Assembly: GCA_963924565.1 (NCBI GenBank)
Contig: OZ004614.1
Coordinates: 22,010,001 to 22,074,000 of the forward strand
DNA length: 64,000 nucleotides
Source: Ascidiella aspersa
Lineage: Eukaryota
Reading direction: 5' to 3'
Shown here: positions 1 through 13,000 of the stretch, one piece after another
Numbering within the stretch: the first letter of the stretch is position 1
Layout: the number at the start of each line of letters is the position of its first letter
The notes under the pieces: generated by a model
What the model was told of the DNA's origin: nothing
What the model saw: only the letters and a program-made list of their open reading frames with translations
The model's database searches: none
Program-made: the position numbers and the translations under genes

Positions 1-184
1 GGGGTAAATCTCTTTAAATATTTTTTTCTGTACCTGGAGAGGTTAGTTTTCGTGTACGGTTGAACATGAAATGCCCATAAACAAAATTGACGCAATTGAA
101 GATCTTACTCTCATACTTATACAAAAATATACATCTTCGATAATCAGTTTCTCCCACTGTTTTCATCCTCCCTTTAAATTTCAG

Positions 185-294
185 GAATAACGACGATCCC
201 CGTCGACATCTCGTTCGCCAGCTCGTTAGGGGGAGGCTTCCATTGTTGGACTTGTGACGTCAGGAGAAGGGGAACGCTTGAGTCATACCTTTAG
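185..294 (+). CDS. GATM: Terminal coding exon of glycine amidinotransferase (L-arginine:glycine amidinotransferase); rest of gene lies left of the window
   Basis: After acceptor ttttcag, the frame reads (G)[35 protein letters not shown]. This matches the GATM C-terminus with the catalytic Cys in GGGFHCWT. Not in the ORF track. Confidence 0.93.
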
Positions 295-372
295 TTATAA
301 CGTCATTTTAAAAACTAGCATATACAGAAAGGTCACGCTTAAATTTTATGTTCACCTTTTCTTCATTGTACC

Positions 373-378
373 AATAAA
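373..378 (+). promoter_or_regulatory. Candidate polyadenylation signal of GATM
   Basis: AATAAA about 80 nt after the GATM stop codon. Confidence 0.5.
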
Positions 379-678
379 AAAAACCTCATTAGATGCAAGA
401 TCTAAACATAGAAAACTTAAAAAATAAACAATTATATGTTGATAAGTAATTCTATTTCCTACACAAGCTCGTTATACAGATCGCCAATTTTGTATATAAA
501 GCGCCATGACTTTATTTCCCGTACCTAATAGTTATGGCTTTGTTTCTCGTTAACATTAGACTTTATTCACCGCCATTATCATTCGGATGGAACTATATTT
601 GACGTGAAAAATTATGTTCGGCTTTTTTGGTGACTAGTAACAGTAACATTTGTTTCTTTTAATTTTCATCCTTTAACC

Positions 679-969
679 CAGTGGTTCTTAACCAGGGTTC
701 GATAAAGCTGTTTCAGGGGTTCGGCGAAAACGTACTCTGAAACTTAAATGACGTTATTTCAAGCTAAATTCGAATCTCTTTTATGTGCCAAGGGCAGGCA
801 TCATATAACCTTTCAAAATGAAAGTTTGGCCGGTTTAACCTATATAAATGCAAGTTTATAATTTGATTACGTCCAGTTTCACTTGCATACTAGCGCACGG
901 GTTGGCTACAGAACAACAGGTGTTTTAAAAAAACCTGGTTGACAGGTTGTCAAAGGTTAAGAACCACTG
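679..969. mobile_element. hAT-like MITE (CAGTG family)
   Basis: Perfect 15-bp TIR cagtggttcttaacc / ggttaagaaccactg; no clear TSD. Confidence 0.75.
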
Positions 970-1340
970 CAACTCTTGTTGTCTAAATCTTCTTCCCTGA
1001 TGTTCTTCTCTAAAAATTTTCCTCTACTGTCCTCCTTTACTAACTATTCTAATCTAAACCTTCGTCTCTAAATCTTCTTTATAACTCTTTCCGTAACTAT
1101 TTCTTCCAATTTCGACATTTTCTCTAACTTTTTCCTTTAAACGTTTTCTGCAACTCTCGCACCAGCGCTTGCTTAACTCTTACCCGATTTGTCCTCCGAC
1201 TCATTTAAGAACTCTTTGATCAACCCTTCTTCAAACTCTTCGACAAACTCTTTCTACAACTCCTACCCGACTGTTCCTTCGACCGTTAAAATATCCCTAT
1301 GCAATTCTTCTTTCAATTATGACTCCGAACCTTTCCTACA
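970..1340. repeat. Decayed pyrimidine-rich low-complexity/minisatellite tract
   Basis: Recurrent aactctt/aatcttctt units; the minus strand would read Glu-rich but is interrupted. Confidence 0.4.
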
Positions 1341-3130
1341 CAAAACCTGTATACAAAGTAAGTTTAAAAGTAATATAATTTAAGTTAACAAGATGAGGAA
1401 TTGGATCCTTGACGTCATGCAGATATTTGCGCTAATAATTGATACCACGTCAGTCGATTTAATGCAGATTCCACACAGGCCGTATATCGTTATAAGTAAT
1501 AGTTTTGTTGTTGGGAAGCTAAGTTTACCCATTTCAGATACAATCAGTGGCAAACAGTCCAAATTTTAATTACGGTAACTGGTTTGTTTAACGTTGGACG
1601 CAGTATTTTCGTGACCCTGAAAATTAAATTAAAGTGTTCGCTTTTGCGAAGTTAAGACTTTTATGCTTGGTGTTTTTAAAACACAGTTAAACTATTTAGC
1701 GTTGACTACCCAATCAGTAAGTTTGAGCATTATAGTTTGTTAGTGGAGGCTTTTCAAAAGGCTTATAATACGCGGCTTTAGAAAACTTACGGTACTCTGA
1801 GATAGGTTAAATTTCTATGTACTGATCGGGCAGACCTATGCAACGCAAATTTAAGGGAGATTTGTGTTCAAGGCCATTTGCGTCTCCGCCTCTATATTAA
1901 ACCTACCCTTTATTACAATAGTGACGAAGTGCCCACAGCATGTTGGATTGCTTCATTTTGTTTGACAACCCAAAATTTAGGTTGATTTCGCAAATTGTTG
2001 CAATTGCGGGTGTAGCCTACTTTATTTACATGGCAGGTATAGTTAGGAAATCTATTAATCCTTGTCAACGACGGGTATTTGATCTAGTGCATTTTTTTTT
2101 CACTTGCGGCACACCAACAGAGATAAAATAATTGGTCGGCACGCCTATGAAATATATATGACGATCGACAATAAACCACCAAAGCAGTAGTATTCCAGGC
2201 TGCCTTTAAAAATGTCCGGTTTTACGATTTAACGCGCCAAAGGAGCCAAATATTTGACGTTTTACATTCTTTTATCTTATGATTTTATTGCCTTCCTAAA
2301 ATATCTTACCACACACAAAGGGACTCCAGCCATAAAACCGAACTAAGAACAAAATCCACCTCAGAATAAAAACACAATTCGGAATAAGACAATTATAGGA
2401 CCAATACCTAAGTCTAAATCGTTGAACTCCTAACCTGTCATACCTAAATTATGAGAATAAGGCCTATACAACCTTTTACCTAACCTCAAACTCCTCCCCT
2501 AAATTCATCACTAACTCCTCTAACATCTTTAATCCCACCCATTGCCAACCACTAACCCGAAACAGGGGGAAACAACCCCAAGCTAAAACAGCGGCGCCGT
2601 AATCGCTGTTCAAACTAAAACGCCGAAACGTCGACACCAAATAATCCAGTGTCAGACCGATGAGTCTAGATTAATCCATACTCTTTCCTTAAATTTTTAG
2701 GCATTATTTCGTCCATTTACTCCCTATTCTCACCAACTTTAGGTTTTATTCCGACAGGTTTACAAGTAGTATTTAGACGAATTCGTTCTTATTCTGTCGT
2801 GGTTAGAAAACAATTGCGGTGTCTTTATACTCCTGTTATTGGGTTAGTTAAAAAGCTGTTTTAAAAATTAACTTCCGGCTATTGAACCAAAGAATCTCTT
2901 TGGATTAAAATTAACATAGGTTTTAGTGTTAAATATGAAGGAAAAATTATAAGTAACACATTATTGCATAATGTTAAAACAATACCTATACAATACATGC
3001 CTGTACACGACTGCGATTCGTCAAACATGCTTTTGCCGTGTTACGCTTCACTGAATTTGCCACGGCTTGTTGAATTCTTAGCGCACTTGGTATGTTTTTA
3101 CCACAGTTATTATTAGCCTTGTGCTTTAAT

Positions 3131-3395
3131 ATGGACACAACCGAGAATTTCAATGACGAAGAAAGGTTGGATGAAGCCTTGGAGCAATTACTTATTGAAA
3201 TAGAAATCGATATTTCGTCAAACCAAGCAGACGAAAAGTATATATGCGAATCGTGTAAAAAATCCTTTTCTACATCACGAGGTCGCCAGTCTCATATCAA
3301 TAGACTGCATGTTGTTTCGGGATGCGACGCCATAAATATTGATAAATTAATGTCTCTTTGGATGGCACCCAATATGGCTGTTAACCACATATTAT
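3131..3395 (+). pseudogene. Truncated C2H2 zinc-finger ORF of the transposon
   Basis: MDTTENFNDEERLDEALEQLL...YICESCKKSFSTSRGRQSHINRLH has CxxC...HxxxxH spacing. The frame runs into a TATCGG/CCGATA MITE-family fragment at about 3396-3490. Confidence 0.6.
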
Positions 3396-3649
3396 ACTGG
3401 TATCGGATCGGCACCGATACCAACGGGCAAGTACCGACACTATCGCATCAGGTTTAGGCTGCCATCCTATATTATCGGACATACCAACTATCAAATAATC
3501 TGTAAGTGCTTAATATTTAAATAACAGTAAACCCAGATTACTGAATAATTGTGCATATACCAGTTTTATCTGTTTTGGGGTAAACAAAATAAAAAGGTTT
3601 CAACATATTATATAAATACTATATTTTACAAAAGTTCTGTATAACACAC

Positions 3650-4588
3650 CTAACAGCCAATGTTACTGATTGAAGAGGTTTGCAGTTATCAAACGCTTTA
3701 CTTGATTTTGTTGCAATATGTAAAGCTGTCATATTGCTCTCTTCTCCATCTGCTAGCACAGAAACTCCTCCACAAATTGGTAGGTTCGAAATAAAGTTTA
3801 AAAGATCTCTTACCGATTTAGAAACGTTATACTCAAAAATTTCTTTAAAGAGGCCAGATCATCCATAGTAGTGCACGTCCAATTGAAAATTTGCATTAAC
3901 AAATATTTTATATTTTTCTTGATCGAATTCAGAGACCTGGGAAATGCAAATTTGTGAGAAATCTTTTGGATGTATTTTCCGTTTCCATGTATCACTTTTT
4001 AAAACAAGACATTTGGCTTGTTTTAGAAATGAACTAAAAGTTTTAAAGACAATAGAATTTTCTGTATTCTGTGGAGTGGTTGGTCTGCGAGCTACCTTTA
4101 AACTGGCTGCTAACATCACTGGCATGTTTAATGTTGGAATTGATCCAAATTTTAACGTATCTCGTTTCTGCGCTGGAGATAAATAACAATTTATGTTTTT
4201 TAAGTAAACTAATATAATGACTATTTTTAAAATACACAAACTTTTCTAATATTCTATGTAAAATTCCTTCCATGTATGTACATTACTAAATCTACTACAG
4301 CATAGGTCCAATCCAGAAATACAATACACGTGTAGAATAGTTAAGAATTAAGTGTTTAAACTAACCATGAATTAACTGTTCTGCTTTAAAATGACGACCA
4401 CATATCTTTACTACATCTCGTTTATATAAATCCCCAATTGCTTTGTCAGCCCTGAGGCCAAGAATAATTTTTTCCAAATCATTTGCCCACTTGAGTTTTT
4501 CGCCTAAACAGAATCTTTTTGCTGGCACATGGTAAAGTTGGTCGGGATATTTACCACCACAATCAGGAATACAGCAATGTTTACTAAT
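3650..4588 (-). pseudogene. Spliced THAP-domain transposase-like N-terminus, inactivated (exons 4588-4366 and 4172-3650)
   Basis: SKHCCIPDC...P...W...KICGRHF|AQKRDTLKFGSIPTLNMP is a THAP C2CH fold plus AVPT-like box. ATT sits at the expected start position. In-frame TGA at 3861-3859 (YYG*), after which the frame stays open (LLNFISNLPICGG...PLQSVTLAVR). Confidence 0.8.
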
Positions 4589-5446
4589 TTTTAACTAGTC
4601 TATAAAAATAGGAACAAAAGTTTATTTGACCAGGATAGTTGCTCAAGGTTTACAAATACTGAAACCAGTAAATAATAGTCATTGTTAAAGGTAGGTAGGT
4701 CTACATGTACACATGTAGGAAATTTGTTCTTCGCAGATGACCAGTCTGTACTTCAAAGCACTTTACGCAAAAAATCACCGAGATCTGGTGTGCACACAAC
4801 TTGCCTAAAAAAATTTTGGGCGTGTGTTTGCCACACCATACAGACTGGGCCAACGAAATCTCGTTGCTGTTGTATTACGGTACTTTGCCCACAATCCAAA
4901 TCAAAAGTAACTATATTGTAATTTTTTCGTTCGTGTCGAAACAATGTTAATAGTTTGGTCTTTAACTAACTTTATAAACTGCAATCCTAATAAACATATT
5001 ACAAAATCTAATGAATCTCGCAGACTGCAACCAACGTAAATTGTTTCTTTTGGTAAATTCAGTCAAGCGTGAGACGGCAGAATCACATATTCAACAAATA
5101 GTACAGCTACAATGGGCGGGGGAATTCCCGTGTCCATGCCTGTGGTATAAGCCTTGGTTAAAATGCCTGCCTTGGTACCATTTTCGTTTAATTCTGCTGT
5201 AGGCCTTTTAACAAAGTACAATAAAAAAACGCAAGTAAACACCTCCGGGAACTTCGTTGCACATCTGGCACATTAAAATTGTTTTAATATACTATAGCGG
5301 CACACCAGTTGCGGAGCACTGATCTGGCAATACACAAAAACGGAAATCTCGCCACCATAGGCGTTAGTCACAAATGAGTGAACTCGAGTTACGGAAATTT
5401 GCATTACGCAGGTTGGTTACAAATTACAATGCTGCAATGCAAGACT

Positions 5447-5916
5447 CATAGTTGCCATTCTAGATTATTTTAATCTAGATGTTTTGGTTTGAATCTAGAT
5501 GTAGGATTATACAATCTAGATGTTTGGTGTTTTTTAGATTATTATGAAAAAATATTGTATAAGCTAAATTAGTGACAGATTCGCTATTGACGATAAATAT
5601 TTCAGTAATTTCAAAAGTTTTATTTTTGCAAATTGAAAAAAAAATGATGATGTAAAATCAAAATTTCATTAACTGGTCATGTTCAGTAAAATGTTTTATA
5701 AAGCAGAAATCTTAAATCTAAAGCATCAAGCAAGTCACTTTATGCAACTTCATACGGCATAAAGCTTTTAATGTTGATTTTTTGTCCAAAAGTATTGAAT
5801 ATTACAAAAATAATTTTTAGATTATTTTTTAGATTTCTCCATGAAAATCTAGATGTTTTTAGATTAGTTTTTTGGTAAATCTAGTTGATTACTGTGAGAA
5901 AAATATGGCAACTATG
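5447..5916. mobile_element. hAT-like MITE with internal TCTAGAT repeats
   Basis: TIR catagttgcca / tggcaactatg; perfect 8-bp TSD gcaagact (5439-5446, 5917-5924). Confidence 0.85.
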
Positions 5917-6187
5917 GCAAGACTCTATTGACAGTTTTATGTTCAGGAAAACTGATATGTGAGAGATTGTACATATATTTTCTTGTAGGCTGTGCGTGAA
6001 ACGTAATGTTTATCTACTTGTACACTTTTTTGCCGATTGCGTCTTGTCTTTCAAACATCGATAAAACGTGAATTGATACCATTACATCAAATATTGTGTG
6101 TTGCTATAATGTTCCAAAGCTATGTAAGATTCTAGACCAAAAAAAATTGTATTTCCATATTCCAGTCAGATTTATATGGGAGTTTGT

Positions 6188-6388
6188 GGGTAACACTAAT
6201 TTACGGAATGATGAATGGTCGGAACGCTCACAGTATTATTATTAAATATAATAACACTTGACCCACCTTCACCCAAACGCTAACCCTATTGTTCGTTGGT
6301 TTAATAATTGTTTTAACGGGGTAGCACTTAAATTAGTGAGCGTTCCGACCATTCCGACCATTCATTATTCCGTAAATTAGTATTACCC
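6188..6388. mobile_element. Short fold-back MITE with GGG...CCC ends
   Basis: About 45-bp imperfect TIR gggtaacactaatttacggaatgatgaatggtcggaacgctcac and its reverse complement. Confidence 0.7.
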
Positions 6389-6765
6389 GTTCCCAGGCTT
6401 AAAAATAAAGCCTTTTCTTCACCAGAAGCTACACAGCAGGCACAAAAAATAACAAAAGCAAAATGAACATATTTATTACAAAAATTTTAAGAAAAAAAGT
6501 ATACCACAATACTAAGAATCGCCTATATATTATAAATTAAAAAAAGTTAATATAATTTTTATAATTTTTTATAAGACAAGGTAAAAATAAAATTTACATT
6601 GGCTGTATATCATAGTTTTTTACATTTGCCTTGCCCTTAGATGTAGGTAGGCCCTGGTCTAGAATCCTTTTTCTAGTTACTGTGTGGGTGTGGGTGGCTC
6701 ACTAATAGCAACATTGCCTATTTGCTGATTCTTAGTCACTAAATTTGAAATTATTCCGCAGCAAA

Positions 6766-7062
6766 ATGCTCTTTATAATTCTAGCCCCTTTGGTCTTGCT
6801 GGTCCTGTTTGTAATTGTTTCGTCGCGGCCTCGAGTCCTTAATGTTGCCGGGGCCCATATCTTGATCACAGGAGGTTCGTCTGGCATTGGCCTAGAAATT
6901 GCCAAGGTTTTTGCTCGAAAGGGCGGTTTCATAACGCTGGTTGCCAGAAATGAAGAAAAGCTTAAGGAAGCCAAGTTGGAAGTGGAACAGCATTTGAAGG
7001 GAGGTGGTAAAAAGCAGTGTGTAACCATTCTTCCGCTTGACATCTCAACATCTGCGGAAGAG
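6766..7062 (+). CDS. KDSR: KDSR exon 1
   Basis: MLFIILAPL...[14 protein letters not shown]...LDISTSAEE|gt. Confidence 0.9.
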
Positions 7063-10000
7063 GTTCATTCACTTTTCTTTTTCTATTGTCAATTAATTTT
7101 ATGTTATCGAATCACATATAAGAATGTATGACACTCGACATTTTATTCAGATACCGATACACACAATTTTGGACAAAAAATATTGCAAAACGATCTGATA
7201 TATGGCATTACTTTTCTCTAATGAGAAATAAATAAAACAGAAACATTTAAATGGACTTTTTTTCCATATTATTAAGCCCAAATGTGCTGAAGCGTCAATA
7301 GGCTTAGCCACACCCAGTTGTTATTTTATTTTTTGAATAAATTTTCTTTTCAAGGTAGAACCACTGCATTGCATGGCAATTCATGCCTGAAACTTCCATA
7401 ATGATTTAGTTTTGGGCTCCAATGAAGTATTTTCGCACATGATCACATATGTTGCCATCAGCAATGAAGAATCCTAAATCGGAATTGAAAATTTGTTATA
7501 TAAAACAAAAAGTAATTAACTGCATTATTTTAGGTTGAAAATGGAATCAAATCCATGGAGGAAAAACTGGGACCTGTTGATTTTCTTATCAACTGTGCTG
7601 GAGCCTCACATGCCCAGGAGTTTGAGGTAAGTGAGGGTGCAACCAGACATGTACAACTAGATTTATTTTAGCTTTTTAAAATTAGATTAGAATTAAAATT
7701 AGATCATTTCGAGTTTTCTCAAATTAGATTAGAATTAGAATTAGAATTACAGAATTCTTAAAAAAATCGAATTTAAACTAGAATTTGAACTAGAATTGCA
7801 TTTGATTATTTACATTCAATTTCATTTAAATCGAGAAGTATTCTAATAAGAATGTGAATGGTTAATATATTTGTGATAATTTTGATGTCTTTTAGATTAA
7901 CATATGTTTTTCAGACTGTAAAAATTAAGTTCCAACCAAAGAGTTTTAATTCAAATTCTTTGTTTTGACTAAGAGACGAAAATGGCGTTGGATAATGTAG
8001 CATTTTTGGTAAAATCCGAATTAGATTAGAACTAGAATTAGAGCCCACACGCCATTCACAAATTAGATTAGAATTAGAATTAGCCGCATTTTGCTCTAAT
8101 TCATTGAATTAGAAAACTAGTCCAAGTCTGGGTGCAACCCAGTGTTTTGCAACCTTTTCTGGCTTGCTGTAATAACTTTATTAGTGATGTTTTGATCACA
8201 TATGATAATATCCTATTCGTTCAATACCTGTTTTGACCCCAGATGCAAACCCTGTTTTGACAGGACGCAAAACATGTTTTGGATGCCATACCTGGTTTGA
8301 CAGGATATCCATAGAAGGACGGAAAATGCGTCCGCTTTCAACGCAGTAGTGGCCAGTATAAAATTCCATTACATGCTAACCCCAAAGTAGAAAATGATGG
8401 TACAAAAAGATGCATCGAATAATGTATGCATACAGAAAAGAAAATTTGTTAGTAATTTCGAAATGCAAAAACACTTCAGAATTATCGCCGTCCTGAAGCC
8501 CTATTTACAAATTCGTAATAAAAAGTTTTCCTAATGATAGTAAGAACTGATATTATATGCTTATGGCAATTAACACATTTAGGTGTTTACTGTGTTAATA
8601 AACACGTAAGACTTGCGATACCCCAGATTGGAAACTTTGGATTTATCGTGGGGGAGACAATTTTGCAGCTTGAAATCGCGCAGCTGTATTAACATTTCCC
8701 GCCCAAATTTGAGCGATTTTTCGCTTCTGGACCGCATTTTGTGTTAATTTTACATGAAATGCGCGGCTATGACCGCGGCCAAGCGGCAAATTGCGCGGGA
8801 GATTTAGGCCTTACTTTCCAACCTTGGTGGCAACCTGCATAAATTATAAATAGTTTGCGGCACCCTTGCTCATATTGTTGCTTCGTTGTCAACTGTAACG
8901 CTACAATAAATAAGATTGAAACGGCACAGTAACTGTGTAACAAGGTCGATAAAAACTTTTTAATTATTTGCACTTTTATCGCACGCACAAATTATATAAG
9001 GATGCAATAGAGCAAAACTTGGATTCCTAAAGAATTTAAATAATCTTTTCGGAGTGGCGCGGCACCCCGGTTGTGAACTAAACTGCATTTTAAATCACTT
9101 TTCCCTGTTTAGTACTCATAAAAACAAGCCAACTTCATGTTAAACTTTTTTAAAGACATTTTATTAGATTTGAAGACTAAAATAAATATTTTGGAACACT
9201 ATATACGGATATGTTCATAAGTTTAATGGTAAAAATAACGGCCCAAATAGACGTTAAAAGCGACATGCTTTATTTTCAAACGTTTCAGCAAATTCTAATG
9301 CCATCATCAGTGATATGCATATTTATTTTCACCATTAAAATAATTATTGGTGCAACACTATCTAATTTTTTTTGAGTGACACAAACTGAATTTCATTAAA
9401 CACATTTATAATTGAGCAACAATTTGCTTTATTTTTTGAAGGACACACCAACAGATGTATTTGAATTTTTGATGAAAGTGAATTACCTTGGGTCTGTGTT
9501 TTGCACAAGAGCTGTGCTACCTGGAATGAAGAAAAGAAAGAAAGGTGCGACAAATTATAATTTATTTGAAAATTTGGACTGATTTTAATACTCAGCAGTC
9601 GAGCATTTTGATTTCATGTACCATCATTTTAAAGTATATTTATTTCACTATACAAAGGTCCAAAAAATGCAGGTTTCACATATATGTGTTGTGTCAGAGC
9701 TATTCGCTGTGTTATGTGAATATACATTTATACCATGTTGGCCAAATTGTTTGTCCATACAAAATTATAACTGATTTTATCGGTATACAATAATTATTCT
9801 TTTTAACTGCACAGCGTGGTAAAAATGCAGAAAAACTGATCCAGTCTGAAGTCTGATACTGTTAAATAAGTTTAACAGAAGCGCAAACAGTAAAATGGTT
9901 TAAGTACAATTGTTTACATTATGAAAACAATGCTATTTGATATCCTTGTTTATATACAATTAAGGATGTTTATATACAATTATTATTCAGGACGCATTGT

Positions 10001-13000
10001 ATTGGTCAGTTCACAAGCAGGCCAGACTGGAGTTTTCGGATATACAGCCTACTCTGCTACAAAATATGCGCTTCGGGGATTTGCCGAGTGTTTACAGATG
10101 GAGGTTTGCATTGTTGAATCATCAATTTAGAATTTGTTTTTCCTAGTAATGTTGCCAAATTAACCCTTTTGTATTTAGTAATTTGTATTTTTTTAGCTGC
10201 AATTTTTCCCAGAAATAATCACTATTGTACATTTCTACAACCTGTTTAAAACTTAACTTTTCTACACGTGTTCAACAAATGTGATCTTCAAAATCTGTCC
10301 TTTTGATCAGGATAACACCACATGAATGTAGTATGCCAAAGCTTAAAAAAAATATATATTCTTTGTTTGGTTGGTTAAAACAGTTCTTATTTCAAAAGTT
10401 TAATGTAAAACGAAAACATGAGGGAAAATAGATGGTATCTTTATTTTAACTTAAAATGAATTTCTGCTATATCTTGCTTGTGCTGTATTTTATAACCCTA
10501 TTTTTTTTAACAATAACATTACATATGTTTTACTGTTACATTTGGCTTTCATTTAATAATGTTCAGGCTTGTAAACCTTTTCCTGCAATCTTGTAACAAC
10601 CAAAGATCAAACCAATGTCAAAAAACAAACCCAATTTAAAATATCCAAGTTTAAATATACCCAAAAAAAAAATTTAATATTTTTTATTTGTTTATTTTGC
10701 GACCAAATAAACTAAAAAAACATATTTTCAGGTCAAACCTTACAATATTGCCGTCACTGTCTCCTATCCACCAGACACAGATACACCAGGGTTTCACTTG
10801 GAAGGTTTTTGCTTATTTATTGGCAGTTTTACTTTTTAATAATGTATTAATAGCTTTGTGGTATACTAATTATGCAAAGATTTGTAGCAATTATTTTAAT
10901 AAAAAATTGTTTCAATTCGTTTTTGATTCTAGTTTATTTTGGAAGTAGTCAATTTTGCGAATGTTAATCAGTTATCAGGCGCAACAAAAAAAGGGCTCTA
11001 ATGCCATTTAAATCAACACATAATATTTTTATCATATTAATTCAATGAAAAAATGTGCCCCATTAATTATAATTTGTCCATCTATAAACCTAAACTATGT
11101 TGTTCCATCCATTCGAAACACCCTCAAAAGTCCAGTTAGTTCGAGAATCACTGTTTTCGATTGTATAGCCCAGGCCCCAGGCGTTCTGAACCTTTAATGA
11201 CTTGCGTAAAAAAACATAAATACCCCCCAAAAAACATAAATATATTGCGCACCTTGACTAGAATTTTCGTTAAGCGGTTTACTGTGATGTAACAATAAAC
11301 GACATTAGGAGTTGCATCGAAAGAGCAATAATAGCAAATATCAATTCCCAAAAGATTCCCAAATATCTCGCGGCACCCTTTTACACTAGAAATGGTACTT
11401 CGGTTGGAAACCGCTGTTCTATCTGGATCGCTTTATTCTGCGTAACTCAAGAATTTTTTGCTCAATAGATGAAACGAAGCCAGAGGAGACCAGACTGATA
11501 TCTGAGACTTCAGGGCTCTTCAATCCAGACGCGGTGGCCGAAGGAATTGTTCGAGACACAATGCGGGGCGAGTTCACCAGTACCGTTGGGCTGGACGGCT
11601 TCATTTTAGGTAATCGCTCGCAAATGCCAATGCTGACTTCCATTCGTTAACTGGTTTACGAGGCCACACTGTACACATGGCATTTAGAGCAGTGGTTCTT
11701 TTTTTTTTTTTGCTTCACGTGGACCACGGTAAGCAAGAAATTTAATAAAATGACGTCATGAATTGACGTCACAATACAAATAGACTGTAGAAATCCGCAG
11801 TTTTCGGTCCACAAAATGTGAAAAGGAAAATCGAAATAGAGACATTCAGTGCAAAAACGTTTTATTTTTAATTAAATTCTTTCCGTAGAAAAATTGATTA
11901 CTTCCTAAATATATACCAATATTTCAATTTGGCCTTCGCGGACCCCCTAACACTAGTTCACGGACCCCTAAGGGGTCCATGGACCCCAGTTTAAGAACCC
12001 TTGATTTAGAGGGTTGACAATTTAGGGATGGCCGATACTTGACAATATATTCCGATGCCGATATCCGATATTTTGAGCAAAAAGTAGACGGTCCGATACT
12101 AAGTGACGTCATTACTAGGGCGATTCTTTTTTGACTTGTCGAATAAAAATGCACATAAATCCTTTATAAAATTTTAAAAAAACTTATGGTCAGCTTTTTG
12201 AAATTCGTCGTTGAGTTGTTTTGAAATTTATCGTTCAATTTTATCGAAAAAATTTAGTTTTGATTTATGTTCAAAGTCATTTTAACCGTATCATATCTTT
12301 ATTAGAGCAATATACGGTCTAAAAAACGTACGAATAACGCCTAGGTTATTTAAATCAATGTATTTCTAACAGGTCAAAATTTTGTCAAAATAAATTATTT
12401 TTAGGTCAAAATTTGTCAAAATTTTAATTTTTCAGGTCAAAAAATAATCGCCCTAGTCATTACTATTCCTAAACACCGTTTAAAGTTCATCTATTTCAAG
12501 TTATAGGCCGAAGTTCTCTTTAGCGTTGAGAAGTTGAGTTAACTCTGGTTTTTAACTTACAATACTTTGATAAACTCGCCTCTCAACGTAAACTCTGTAT
12601 TTGAAACGCAAATCCTGGCTGAAATTCCCATAACATTTGGTATCAAATCGGTGCCGATATCACGCTAGTATCGAACGAGTGCCGATACTACCACTTGGAA
12701 TCGGGTATCGGCTACGATCCGATATTATCGGACATCCCTAGTTGACATTTAGCACTCGCCCGCTCACCAATGTGGGTGCAATTCGCCCCGATTGACACTA
12801 GAGATAGACCGATATATCGGTTCACCTATAATATTGGCCGATATTTTGCTTCTACCGATATATCGGTATCGGTAAATGTAGGCCGATACTTTGGCCGATA
12901 TTTTAGAACAAAAATATAATATATTTTTTCCTGTACAACAAACAACTGACCCATTTTTGATAAAAAAAATGGTTTTAGCATCACGTTAAGTAAATATGCA

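Larger units (their letters stand above)
2996..5138. mobile_element. Decayed, internally deleted DNA transposon with THAP gene (-) and convergent C2H2-ZF ORF (+); P-element/Kolobok-like
   Basis: Subterminal inverted repeats at 3016-3062 and 5051-5099 (core 25/29 identical), CATG at both putative ends, THAP and ZF remnants inside; no TSD recognised. Confidence 0.6.

Noticed and set aside
2996-5143. catgcctgt direct repeat (2996-3004, 5135-5143) as the TSD of the THAP element
   Set aside because: It overlaps the putative CATG termini and does not give matching TIR ends; cannot be resolved without other copies.
294-6766. GATM-KDSR operon-like arrangement
   Set aside because: Same strand, but about 6.5 kb apart with several transposon insertions; no sequence support for co-transcription.
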